This document shows positions 1 to 10,960 of a DNA stretch of 64,000 nt, piece after piece. Position 1 is the stretch's first letter. Each line of letters opens with the position of its first letter. The translations under genes and the position numbers were made by a program. Below the pieces are notes generated by a model. The model saw only the letters and a program-made list of their open reading frames with translations. It had not been told where the DNA came from and searched no databases. The stretch is from an uncultured Oscillospiraceae bacterium (GTDB taxonomy: Bacteria; Bacillota; Clostridia; Oscillospirales; QAMX01). The stretch is from positions 17,522-81,521 of the forward strand of contig CAYWVF010000009.1 in NCBI GenBank assembly GCA_964461815.1, read 5' to 3'.

Positions 1-1
1 C

Positions 2-2119
2 ATGGGTATGCTCCGTGAGACAGACTGCTTCGCAGTTCAGATGCTCATCGCCTCCGGCATCGAGCCTCAGAAACTGTACGCTATGACCGCAAGCATGCTC
101 GGCATGAAAACGAATATCCCGAACGAGCCGCAAAACGGTATGAATTACCAAAAGCAGCGTCCCGATCGTGCATCGGGTGATACAAAGCAGCTCGATCAGT
201 ACAGCCGTGACCTGACACAGGCTGCACGTGAGGGTAAGCTAGACCCTGTTATCGGCCGTTCAAAGGAGATAGAGCGTGTGATACAGATACTGTCACGCCG
301 TACAAAGAACAATCCCTGTCTGATCGGTGAGCCGGGCGTAGGTAAGACCGCCATCGCAGAGGGACTTGCTCAGAAGATCGCCTCTCAGGACGTGCCGGAT
401 ACGCTCAGACAAAAGAGGCTCGTGGCACTCGATCTGTCGGGTATGGTCGCAGGTACAAAGTACAGAGGTGAATTTGAGGAGCGTATCAAGGGCGTGCTCG
501 ATGAGGTCAAGAAGTCGGGCAATGTCATACTGTTCATAGATGAGCTTCACACCATCGTCGGTGCAGGTGCTGCCGAGGGTGCGATAGATGCCGCAAATAT
601 CCTAAAGCCTATGCTCTCGAGAGGTGAATTGCAGCTCATCGGTGCGACTACGCTCGATGAATACAAGAAGTACATCGAAAAGGATGCGGCACTCGAGCGC
701 AGATTCCAGCCTGTAACGGTAGGCGAGCCGAGCGAAGAGGATGCGGTACAGATACTCTTCGGACTGCGTGACAGATACGAGGCTCACCACGGTGTAAAGA
801 TAAGCGACGAGGCTGTAAAGGCTGCGGTAACGCTGTCGAGCAGATATATTAATGACAGAAATCTCCCGGATAAGGCAATAGACCTGATAGATGAGGCTGC
901 GTCAAGGCTCAGGATGCAGTCACTCACAGCTCCGCCGGATCTTAAGGAGCAGGAGCAGGAGGTAGAAAAGCTCTCTAAGGAGCTTGAGGAAGCCGTACAG
1001 TCACAGGACTTCGAAAAGGCTGCCGACATAAGAGATAAAAAGAGAGCGGCAGGTGAAGCACTTGAAAAGGCACGTGCAAGCTGGCAGTCCTCCGGCGGCG
1101 GTGCTGTCGTAGATGAGGATGCGGTAGCGGCTGTGGTATCGCTCTGGACAGGTATCCCGGTAGCAAAGCTCACCGAGGCCGAAAGTGAGAAGCTTCTGAA
1201 GCTCGAGGAGGAGCTTCACAAGAGAGTCATAGGTCAGGATGAGGCTGTAACGGCTATCTCCAAGGCTATCCGTCGAGGCAGAGTCGGCTTAAAGGATCCG
1301 AAGCGTCCTATCGGCTCGTTCATATTCCTCGGCCCGACAGGTGTAGGTAAGACAGAGCTTTCAAAGGCACTCGCCGAGGCTATGTTCGGCACGGAAAAGG
1401 CGCTTGTACGTATAGATATGTCCGAATATATGGAAAAACATGCTGTCAGCCGTATGATCGGCTCACCTCCGGGCTATGTCGGCTATGACGAGGGCGGTCA
1501 GCTCACCGAAAAGGTACGCCGTAACCCGTACTCGGTCATCCTCTTCGATGAGATAGAAAAGGCTCACCCCGATGTATTCAACATCATGCTCCAGATACTC
1601 GAGGACGGTATGCTCACAGACTCACGAGGCCGTAAGGTCGATTTTAAGAATACTATCATCATCATGACCTCGAATATCGGTGCAAGGCTCATCACAGATA
1701 CCTCCAGAAAGACGCTCGGCTTCACGGGAGTCGAGGAAAAGGACTCCACCTTTGAGGATATCCGCAATAAGGTCATGGGCGAGCTTAAGAATGCGTTCAG
1801 ACCCGAGTTCCTCAACAGGATCGACGATATCATCGTATTCCACAGGCTCGAAAAGGAGCAGATCCGTGAGATCGCAGTTCATATGCTCGGCGAGGTCAAG
1901 GAAAGACTTGGTGCTATGGGCTATGAGCTGGGCTGGGATGACGCTGCGGTCGATAACGTAGCCGATGCGGGCTTCGATCCCATCTATGGTGCAAGACCTC
2001 TGAGACGTGCTATCCAGAGCAGAGTCGAGGATGTCGTATCGGAGCTGATACTCGCAGGCAAGATCACCGACAATAAGATACTCCTTACCGTCGAGGACGG
2101 AAGCCTTATCTGTAAATAG
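2..2119 (+). CDS. clpC: ATP-dependent Clp protease ATP-binding subunit ClpC (5' end cut by window edge)
   Basis: 705-aa ORF open to the window start. It has two AAA+ P-loops ([16 protein letters not shown]), a coiled-coil middle region and a Clp/Hsp100-type C-terminal domain. Confidence 0.9.
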   Translation: MGMLRETDCFAVQMLIASGIEPQKLYAMTASMLGMKTNIPNEPQNGMNYQKQRPDRASGDTKQLDQYSRDLTQAAREGKLDPVIGRSKEIERVIQILSRRTKNNPCLIGEPGVGKTAIAEGLAQKIASQDVPDTLRQKRLVALDLSGMVAGTKYRGEFEERIKGVLDEVKKSGNVILFIDELHTIVGAGAAEGAIDAANILKPMLSRGELQLIGATTLDEYKKYIEKDAALERRFQPVTVGEPSEEDAVQILFGLRDRYEAHHGVKISDEAVKAAVTLSSRYINDRNLPDKAIDLIDEAASRLRMQSLTAPPDLKEQEQEVEKLSKELEEAVQSQDFEKAADIRDKKRAAGEALEKARASWQSSGGGAVVDEDAVAAVVSLWTGIPVAKLTEAESEKLLKLEEELHKRVIGQDEAVTAISKAIRRGRVGLKDPKRPIGSFIFLGPTGVGKTELSKALAEAMFGTEKALVRIDMSEYMEKHAVSRMIGSPPGYVGYDEGGQLTEKVRRNPYSVILFDEIEKAHPDVFNIMLQILEDGMLTDSRGRKVDFKNTIIIMTSNIGARLITDTSRKTLGFTGVEEKDSTFEDIRNKVMGELKNAFRPEFLNRIDDIIVFHRLEKEQIREIAVHMLGEVKERLGAMGYELGWDDAAVDNVADAGFDPIYGARPLRRAIQSRVEDVVSELILAGKITDNKILLTVEDGSLICK

Positions 2120-2135
2120 ACACTTCCGGCAAATA

Positions 2136-2169
2136 TTATAACTTACCCCCATAATGGGGTAAGTTATAA
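2136..2169 (+). terminator. Hairpin after clpC (14-bp perfect stem, no clear U-tract)
   Basis: TTATAACTTACCCC (2136-2149) pairs with GGGGTAAGTTATAA (2156-2169), 17 nt after the clpC stop. The following sequence is not T-rich, so terminator strength is uncertain. Confidence 0.4.
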
Positions 2170-2255
2170 ATTGCCCCTTACGGTGACAATTCATAACGAT
2201 ATTATCTATGTACAAAAAAACAGAATAAAATCATAAATATTTTACTCCTCTCCCC

Positions 2256-2289
2256 TTGACATTTGTGTTAAAGAGTGGTACATTATAAG
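2256..2289 (+). promoter_or_regulatory. Putative sigma-A promoter of the hrcA operon
   Basis: TTGACA at 2256-2261. The -10 is ambiguous (TACATT at 17-nt spacing, or CATTAT/TATAAG further on). It lies immediately upstream of CIRCE. Confidence 0.45.
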
Positions 2290-2295
2290 CAGTAA

Positions 2296-2322
2296 TTAGC
2301 ACTCGTCAAAGGAGAGTGCTAA
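2296..2322 (+). promoter_or_regulatory. CIRCE operator (HrcA binding site)
   Basis: Perfect consensus TTAGCACTC-N9-GAGTGCTAA (2296-2304 / 2314-2322), about 100 nt upstream of hrcA. Confidence 0.92.
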
Positions 2323-2425
2323 TCGAAATAAATTCCGAATGGGCTTCGGCGTGCCGAAGGATCCTACGGATTCTCCATTTGCAACCGCCTCATAAACCCA
2401 CATGTCAGGAGAAGAGAGGTAAAAT

Positions 2426-3439
2426 ATGCTCAGCGACAGAAAAAAAGAGATCCTAAAGGCAGTCGTTGACGATTATATAATGACAGCGGAGCCTGTCGGT
2501 TCACGTGCCGTCAGCAAGCGACTCACCACTCCGGTATCGAGTGCCACGGTAAGAAACGAAATGGCTGATCTTGAGACGTTAGGCTACCTTGAGCAGCCGC
2601 ACACCTCCGCCGGACGTGTCCCGTCGAACAAGGGCTACCGACTCTATGTTGACGAGCTGATGGAGAGCTACAGGCTGAACATGCGTGAGATAGACGACAT
2701 AGAGCGAGCGCTGGCTTTCCGTGTAAATGAGCTTGATCGTATCATTATAGAAGCCGGGCGCATGGTAAGTGAGCTCACACGTCACCCTGCCATAGCCGTG
2801 ACTCCCTCCAGATCGGAGGAAAAGATACGCAGATTCGAGGTAATACGTGTAGATGAGCAGACGATAGTGCTCGTGCTCGTAACCACCTCCGATATCATAA
2901 AGAATAAAATATGTCATCTGACGTTTCCGCTCACGGACTTCGATGCGGCTGCCGCATCGAAGGCATTAAACGATAATTTTACCGACATACCGATAGAGAC
3001 CTTCGCAGAGGAGCAGATCACCGCAGCGGAATACGGTGCGGGGATAAGCATCACAGAGGTGCTCATAGCTGCGATCGACTTTGCGGAGGAGGTCATAAGC
3101 TCAGCTGCACGGCGTCAGGTATATTTACAGGGTGCATCGAATATATTGAAGTTCCCGGAGTACAGAGACATAGACAGAGCCTCGGAGCTGCTTGATTTCC
3201 TATCGGACAACGGTGCGGTAGCAAAGCTCGAAGCACTCAATACGAATGAGGACAACATAAATATCACCATCGGAGACGAAAACCACGAGCCTGTGCTGGA
3301 CGATACGAGTATAATAATGACTCCCTACGGTGCAGGCGGCATGATCGGTATCATAGGGCCTACGAGAATGGACTATGCCAGAGTCAGTGCAAGGCTGAGA
3401 CGCTTTGCAGAGGGGCTTGAAAGATATTTTAACAAGTGA
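2426..3439 (+). CDS. hrcA: Heat-inducible transcription repressor HrcA
   Basis: 337-aa ORF with an N-terminal winged-helix (EPVGSRAVSK...SSATVRNEMADLE). It is the first gene of the hrcA-grpE-dnaK-dnaJ order and follows CIRCE. Confidence 0.93.
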   Translation: MLSDRKKEILKAVVDDYIMTAEPVGSRAVSKRLTTPVSSATVRNEMADLETLGYLEQPHTSAGRVPSNKGYRLYVDELMESYRLNMREIDDIERALAFRVNELDRIIIEAGRMVSELTRHPAIAVTPSRSEEKIRRFEVIRVDEQTIVLVLVTTSDIIKNKICHLTFPLTDFDAAAASKALNDNFTDIPIETFAEEQITAAEYGAGISITEVLIAAIDFAEEVISSAARRQVYLQGASNILKFPEYRDIDRASELLDFLSDNGAVAKLEALNTNEDNINITIGDENHEPVLDDTSIIMTPYGAGGMIGIIGPTRMDYARVSARLRRFAEGLERYFNK

Positions 3440-3463
3440 CTACCATAACGAAAGGGATATATC

Positions 3464-4021
3464 ATGGCGAAAAAGAAGGAAAAGGACGATATCTTAAATA
3501 ATAACGAGACAGTCGAGCAGGAGACAAAGGAGCCGGAAACCGAGCCTACAGCAGATGAGGCTACAGCAGACAAGTCTACAGCAGATGAGTCTGCGAAGCT
3601 CACCGATGAGCTTAACGACACCAAAGACAAATATCTCCGTCTTGCTGCCGAATACGATAATTTCCGCAAGCGCAGTCAGCGTGAGCGTGAGGCAACATAT
3701 AATGATGCGGCTGCAAATACGATAAAAGCATTTATCCCGGTGCTCGACAACCTTGAGCGTGCGCTTGCCGCAGTAGGCGGCGACGAAGCGAACCGCAAGG
3801 GCATCGAGCTGACACATAAGCAGTTTATCGACACGCTCGATAAGCTCGGTGTAAAGGAGATCCCGGCAAAGGGTGAGACGTTCGACCCCAATCTTCACAA
3901 TGCGGTGATGCACATCGAGGATGAGACGATAGATGAGCAGACCGTAGTTGAGGTTTTCGAAAAGGGCTATATCATGGGCGACAGAGTAATAAGGTACGCC
4001 ATGGTAAAGGTAGCAAACTAA
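3464..4021 (+). CDS. grpE: Nucleotide exchange factor GrpE
   Basis: 185 aa with an acidic N-terminus, the motif YLRLAAEYDNFRKR and a C-terminal beta domain. Its position between hrcA and dnaK fits. Confidence 0.93.
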   Translation: MAKKKEKDDILNNNETVEQETKEPETEPTADEATADKSTADESAKLTDELNDTKDKYLRLAAEYDNFRKRSQREREATYNDAAANTIKAFIPVLDNLERALAAVGGDEANRKGIELTHKQFIDTLDKLGVKEIPAKGETFDPNLHNAVMHIEDETIDEQTVVEVFEKGYIMGDRVIRYAMVKVAN

Positions 4022-4041
4022 ATAAGTAATTTATAATCTGA

Positions 4042-5931
<1,890 letters not shown>

Positions 5932-5944
5932 ATTTGAGCATAGC

Positions 5945-5996
5945 TGCAATGTGTACCGAAAGGTACACATTGCAGTGTGTACCTTTCGGTGATTTT
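5945..5996 (+). promoter_or_regulatory. Two mutually exclusive 13-bp hairpins; the second is terminator-like (dnaK-dnaJ spacer)
   Basis: Hairpin A pairs 5945-5957 with 5962-5974 (GAAA loop). Hairpin B pairs 5956-5968 with 5977-5989 and is followed by TGATTTTTG. Both stems are perfect and share the segment 5956-5974. Confidence 0.5.
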
Positions 5997-6150
5997 TGTA
6001 AGCTCCAATATATTTGTAGCCTACAAAAGCTTCCGAACGTAAAACGGCTTTACATTGAACGCTCCGTTTTACAGCTGCGGCGCTCGGCCGCATATTTTCA
6101 CTGTAAATTCCGATGAAAGGTAAATGCTTTGCACAGCAAAGGTTATAACA

Positions 6151-7305
6151 ATGGCAGATAAACGAGATTATTACGAGGTGCTTGGCGTAGCACGTGAAGC
6201 AAGTGACGATGAAATAAAGAAGGCATACCGAAAGCTGGCTAAAAAGTATCATCCGGACATGAATCCGGGCGATAAAGAGGCTGAAGCCAAGTTTAAAGAG
6301 GCAAATGAAGCATATGAGGTGCTCAGTGACAGCGAAAAGCGAGGCAAATATGACCGCTTCGGCTTTGCCGGAGTAGACCCCAACTACGGTGCGGGTCAGG
6401 GCGGCGCATACGGCAGCGGCTTTGGCGGCGCAGGCTTCCAGGACTTCGATCTTGGAAGCATATTCGACAGCTTTTTCGGCGGCAGCGGTGGCGGTGCTTC
6501 ACGCCGTAACTCACCGCAAAAGGGCGACAGCATGAGAAGCAGCGTAGTACTCAGCTTCGAGGAGGCTGCATTCGGCTGCAAGAAGACAATAGAGGTCGAT
6601 CGCACCGAAAAATGCCCCGATTGTACGGGAACAGGTGCTAAAAAGGGTACTACAGCCGAAACCTGTAAGAAATGTCACGGTACAGGTCAGGTTGAGACTG
6701 TTCAGCGCACAGTGCTCGGTATGATGCGCTCCAGTGCTCCGTGCTCCGACTGCCGTGGTACAGGTAAGATAATAAAGAATCCGTGTCCGTCCTGCCGTGG
6801 ACAGGGCTATGTACGCAAGCGCCGTAAGCTTGAGGTCAACTTCCCTGCCGGTATCGATGACGGACAGACAGTTACACTGCGTGGTCAGGGCGGCGTAGGC
6901 ATAAACGGCGGCCCTAACGGTGATGTTTACGCAACAGTCACCATCAGACCTCACTCCATGTTCACCCGTCGCGGCAGCGACGTGCTCTGCGAGGTACCGA
7001 TAAGCTTCGTTGATGCCGCACTCGGTGCTACTATCCAGGTAGCTACGCTCGACGGTAAGGTAGAGTACAGCATCCCCGAGGGTACGCAGACAGGTACTGT
7101 ATTCAGACTCCGCGGCAAGGGTATTCCGATGATAAACAGCAAGGCACGCGGCGACCATTACGTTACAGTCAAGGTCGAGGTGCCTAAGAACCTCACCCAC
7201 AAGCAAAAGGAGCTGCTGCGTGATTTCGGTAAGGAGCTGTCACCTGAAAATCATACAGAGGAAAACAAGGGATTTTTTGAAAAATTAAAGGATCTTTTCG
7301 ACTGA
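6151..7305 (+). CDS. dnaJ: Molecular chaperone DnaJ
   Basis: J-domain (DYYEVLGV...KKYHPD), G/F-rich region and four CxxCxGxG zinc-finger repeats. I prefer the ATG at 6151 ([13 protein letters not shown]) over the track's 6124 start. Confidence 0.95.
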   Translation: MADKRDYYEVLGVAREASDDEIKKAYRKLAKKYHPDMNPGDKEAEAKFKEANEAYEVLSDSEKRGKYDRFGFAGVDPNYGAGQGGAYGSGFGGAGFQDFDLGSIFDSFFGGSGGGASRRNSPQKGDSMRSSVVLSFEEAAFGCKKTIEVDRTEKCPDCTGTGAKKGTTAETCKKCHGTGQVETVQRTVLGMMRSSAPCSDCRGTGKIIKNPCPSCRGQGYVRKRRKLEVNFPAGIDDGQTVTLRGQGGVGINGGPNGDVYATVTIRPHSMFTRRGSDVLCEVPISFVDAALGATIQVATLDGKVEYSIPEGTQTGTVFRLRGKGIPMINSKARGDHYVTVKVEVPKNLTHKQKELLRDFGKELSPENHTEENKGFFEKLKDLFD

Positions 7306-7988
7306 TGTCAATAGGTTTACTTAATGAATCGAGTATGCACGCTTCACTTAAGGCGTACATAGAGCCTGATGAGTCAAAATACGAGACAGCCTACAACGGC
7401 TATATCGTGGATATACTGAGGGATGACGGTGTAGTTGAGATACAGACCGGCTCCTTTGGAAGCATGAAGAAAAAATTAGCCGCACTTCTCGAGTGCGGCT
7501 ATGTCACTATAGTCTACCCTGTAGCACAGCTAAAGCGTATATACTGGCAGGACATGGACACAGGAGAGCTTACAGGCGGCAGGATATCGCCTAAAAGAGC
7601 TCAGCCGTGTGAGATATTCAAGGAGCTGCGCTGGCTGCCGGGGCTGATATGGCATAAAAATCTGCGTATCAGGATCATCACCGTAGAGACTGCGGTATAT
7701 AATCGCATGGACGGGTACGGCAAGGATAAGAAAAAGCACTCAAGCAGGATAGACAAGCAGCTCGTTCGTATACTGGACGATATCACAATAAGCTCTGCCG
7801 ATGAGCTGATACGGCTGCTGCCCGATACACTGCCTGAGCGGTTCTCGGTAAAGGAGCTTTCAAAGCACGGTAAGCTCAGCAGCTCCGCAGCTCAGAGCGG
7901 AGCAAAACTGCTGTACGACCTCGGACTTCTCGAGCGTACCATGTGCGGCAGAAGCTACATATATAGAAAAAAAGACCCAAAGGCTTAG
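7305..7988 (+). CDS. Hypothetical protein with PD-(D/E)xK-like (restriction-endonuclease fold) N-terminal motif and possible C-terminal winged helix
   Basis: 227-aa ORF whose ATG overlaps the dnaJ stop (TGATG). The motif GYIVDILRDDGVVEIQTGSF resembles the D...E-x-Q/K core of CoiA-type nucleases. The functional call is inference only. Confidence 0.55.
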   Translation: MSIGLLNESSMHASLKAYIEPDESKYETAYNGYIVDILRDDGVVEIQTGSFGSMKKKLAALLECGYVTIVYPVAQLKRIYWQDMDTGELTGGRISPKRAQPCEIFKELRWLPGLIWHKNLRIRIITVETAVYNRMDGYGKDKKKHSSRIDKQLVRILDDITISSADELIRLLPDTLPERFSVKELSKHGKLSSSAAQSGAKLLYDLGLLERTMCGRSYIYRKKDPKA

Positions 7989-8007
7989 TGCCTCCGGGTC
8001 TTTTTTC
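7972..8007. terminator. Bidirectional intrinsic terminator between convergent genes
   Basis: A-run, then GACCC..GGC / GCC..GGGTC stem, then TTTTTT. It lies between the 7305-7988 (+) and 8008-9858 (-) genes. Confidence 0.6.
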
Positions 8008-9858
8008 TTACTTAGTCGTTATCCAGACAGTTATCGGCTTCGCTTCATCCCATAGCTGACCGCTCGATGCATAGTCGGCTACGGATATGTATCCGTCCGA
8101 GGTCTTGACCTTATACGCCTGTCTTGCACTGAACGGAGCTTTTGTTCTTTCAAGCACAGCATAGCCGTTATCATCTACAAGCTCGACCGCCTCGCTCACT
8201 ATCTCATCGAACTGTGAGTCACGTGCAAGCATAACAGGGCCTCTCTGCAATGCTGCATGGCATATCGATTCCGCATTTGCATTCGGGTCAAGCTCGGCAG
8301 CACGTATTATACGTGTACGCATGTCAAGGCTCAGCTCTATCACGTCGTTCTTCCTCCATACTCTCATGATACGTGCATACGTACCTGCCTTAGCCTCGAC
8401 TGTTTCGCCGTTCACCTTAAGGACTGTATTCTTGCTCCACTCCGGAATACGCACATATACCGCAAGCTCACACTCTCTGCTCGGTACTACCGTATATTTT
8501 ACCTCGCCCTCTACGGGATATGCTGTCTCGGTGCAGAGCTTTACGTTAACATCATCGATATCGAAGCTTGCTTCGCCCGGTATATAGAGGTTAGCCGTAA
8601 TACCGTCGTCAGCCTTCATATTGGCAGTCATTGCGATAAGTCCCGTACCTGCCGCACCTATAGCTACGCAGCAGCCCCAGTAGAACTGATCCTTTATGAT
8701 ATCCTTACGGCCGCCTATCTCACGTCCTCTCCAGCCGTTGAGCAGCGGACTGTAGCTGTCGAAGTTGAATACCTGTCCTCGGCAGGTGTGACCCTCGACA
8801 TTGATCGCACCCATGAGTGCGTTATATATAGATCTCTCAATCTGGTCTGCATATATCGGATCACCTGTCAGGCAAAGGAGCTGATAGCAGAACTTCATCC
8901 ATGTCACCGTGACGCAGGTCTCCTGCATGATATCGTCGAGCTCGGGGTTAAACTGATTTACTGCGGAGTGGTCGAACTCCTCATGGTCAGTACCTGCACA
9001 GCCGATGACCGTGATGTCGGATGCGATGACACTATGTGCAAAGTTTACTGCCATCGTCTTGTACTTTTCCTCACCTGTAACACGGTAATATTCGATTATA
9101 CCCTCGAAATTCGACATCATTTCATATGCTTTCCTGACAGGGTACTGATAGGGGCAGAGCTTATTTTCAAGTGCTGCATTGTACAGATCGAAGCCGCTCA
9201 TGCCGCCTGTCTTGATTATATCCTCTGCAAATTTCAGGTATCTCTGCTCCTTTGTGATGTTGTACAGACGTACAAACGGCTCAAGGATAGATGAGGAGTT
9301 GAGTCCTCTCCACCATTCGGAGGTGTTCGTTATCGGCAGCTTACCTACGCCCTCGGAGCCTATCTTAGCTACGATGTAATCCGCATGACGGCACATCACC
9401 TCTACTACCTCGTCCGCAAGTCCGCCGTCCTTGCATATCTCCAAAAAGTACTGGAAGCCGAGCATTACATATTTTCTGCTCCAGATATCCCAGCCGTGAA
9501 ATTCATTATTCACAGAGTAGGTCGAGATACGTCCGAAGCGATCCTGAGTCGTTATAAGATCACGCACGCTGTCCTCAAGTACTCTGTAAAGCTCCTCATT
9601 TCGAGTATAGGAGTATGTAAAGCATGCACCTCGCATCATCTTGCCCCAGTACTCGCCTCTCCAGCCCTTGTCATGGTCGTCTATGTTTCCTATCCTGAAC
9701 TGCTCTACAAGCAGCGACCACAGTGCCGGGTCAAGCAGCTGTGCCTTTTCGATGTAGCCTATCGACTCCGCAGGATAGCCCGTGTAGCAGGCGCTGCCGT
9801 CAGCAGGTGTAAAAAATTTATCGGTATTTACTCTGTTTTCGTAAGCTGTATACTTCAT
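8008..9858 (-). CDS. GH127-like (DUF1680) beta-L-arabinofuranosidase family protein
   Basis: 616 aa with no signal peptide. ETCVTVTWMKF...GDPIYADQIERSIYNAL and a WGCC motif are reminiscent of the HypBA1 Cys/Zn site. Confidence 0.65.
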   Translation of the reverse strand: MKYTAYENRVNTDKFFTPADGSACYTGYPAESIGYIEKAQLLDPALWSLLVEQFRIGNIDDHDKGWRGEYWGKMMRGACFTYSYTRNEELYRVLEDSVRDLITTQDRFGRISTYSVNNEFHGWDIWSRKYVMLGFQYFLEICKDGGLADEVVEVMCRHADYIVAKIGSEGVGKLPITNTSEWWRGLNSSSILEPFVRLYNITKEQRYLKFAEDIIKTGGMSGFDLYNAALENKLCPYQYPVRKAYEMMSNFEGIIEYYRVTGEEKYKTMAVNFAHSVIASDITVIGCAGTDHEEFDHSAVNQFNPELDDIMQETCVTVTWMKFCYQLLCLTGDPIYADQIERSIYNALMGAINVEGHTCRGQVFNFDSYSPLLNGWRGREIGGRKDIIKDQFYWGCCVAIGAAGTGLIAMTANMKADDGITANLYIPGEASFDIDDVNVKLCTETAYPVEGEVKYTVVPSRECELAVYVRIPEWSKNTVLKVNGETVEAKAGTYARIMRVWRKNDVIELSLDMRTRIIRAAELDPNANAESICHAALQRGPVMLARDSQFDEIVSEAVELVDDNGYAVLERTKAPFSARQAYKVKTSDGYISVADYASSGQLWDEAKPITVWITTK

Positions 9859-9903
9859 AAAAATACCCTTTCACTTTATTTTAGCTCTATTCTATCACAG
9901 CCG

Positions 9904-9932
9904 TTGAAAAAAAGCAACGCATATGATATAAT
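9904..9932 (+). promoter_or_regulatory. Sigma-A-type promoter for the MBL-fold gene
   Basis: TTGAAA (9904-9909), 17-nt spacer, TATAAT (9927-9932). Confidence 0.6.
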
Positions 9933-9970
9933 CTGCATGTAAATTAATTTCGATGAAAGGGAACATATAT

Positions 9971-10864
9971 ATGAATATCACATTTCTCGGTACAGGTGCG
10001 GCAGAGCTGAATCCCGATCCGTTCTGTCACTGCGATTACTGCGAAAAGGTACGCAAAATGATATCGGAGGGTACATATAAGCCTCGTAAGCGTGCATCGA
10101 CGCTGCTGGGTAAGAATACGCTCGTTGACATCGGCCCTGACGTCATGGCTGCAAGCATGGAGTACTCCGCTCCGTTCACCGAGGTGGACAATATCTTCAT
10201 CACTCACACTCACGAGGATCACTTCTGCTTCAGTAACATAAACGTCCTCAGCATGACTCACTCTCCCATCGGTAAGCCCGTAAGCATATATCTCTCACCC
10301 GAGGGCTTTAAATGGGTAAACGACATGATCGACGCTACCTCAAAGCTCTACAATCCCATCAGCGGAATGACTCACCTCATCGAGCAGGGACTTATAAGCT
10401 TCAAGTCTATCACGCCCTACGAGTCTCACACGATAGGCGGCATGGAGATATTTGCCGTACAGTCGAATCACATGTCCTACGGACAGGATGAATATGCTCT
10501 AAACTACAGATTCACGTTCAAGGACGGCAAAAAACTGCTCTATGTCGTTGACAGCGGGCTTTACAGTGAGAAAAACCTCAAAGCACTCGCCGGAAGTGAC
10601 TGCGACTGCCTGATAATGGAGGGTACAAGAGGCTTTATGGAGACTCCCGAGAATTATTCTCACCTCAATGCCGAAAATTTCTGCAAAAACGTATGCGATT
10701 TCCTGGAATACGGCATAATAAAGAAGGATGCAGCCGTCTACGCCACCCACATAGCCACATCTCCCGACATCTTCTGCCGCAATAACGACTATCAGCGCTA
10801 CCTCGACGATAACTGCGGCGGAAAGCCTGTACTCGCATATGACGGACTCGTAGCGAAGCTGTAA
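9971..10864 (+). CDS. MBL-fold metallo-hydrolase (PhnP-like)
   Basis: HTHEDH metal motif and an FLGTGAA N-terminus. I prefer the start at 9971 (AAAGGGA RBS) over 9953. Confidence 0.75.
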   Translation: MNITFLGTGAAELNPDPFCHCDYCEKVRKMISEGTYKPRKRASTLLGKNTLVDIGPDVMAASMEYSAPFTEVDNIFITHTHEDHFCFSNINVLSMTHSPIGKPVSIYLSPEGFKWVNDMIDATSKLYNPISGMTHLIEQGLISFKSITPYESHTIGGMEIFAVQSNHMSYGQDEYALNYRFTFKDGKKLLYVVDSGLYSEKNLKALAGSDCDCLIMEGTRGFMETPENYSHLNAENFCKNVCDFLEYGIIKKDAAVYATHIATSPDIFCRNNDYQRYLDDNCGGKPVLAYDGLVAKL

Positions 10865-10960
10865 AAAAATATAAAAAAATTTCATTTTACCTCTTCCATT
10901 TTGAATACTAATATGGTATACTATAGATAAGCTAAACTACCATGAAAGGAATTTGATGCT

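Noticed and set aside
8257-9294. Long antisense shadow ORFs opposite real genes. Examples: 8257-9294, 1622-2215, 6511-7206, 17403-18179, 21673-22671, 22806-23831, 32149-32943, 36207-36797, 39635-40471, 42036-42674, 48566-49312, 57455-58105, 62419-62934
   Set aside because: Each is fully embedded opposite a CDS with strong family signatures. Each has skewed, low-complexity or Cys/Arg/Leu-rich composition and lacks an RBS. These are typical mirror-frame artefacts in mid-GC genomes.
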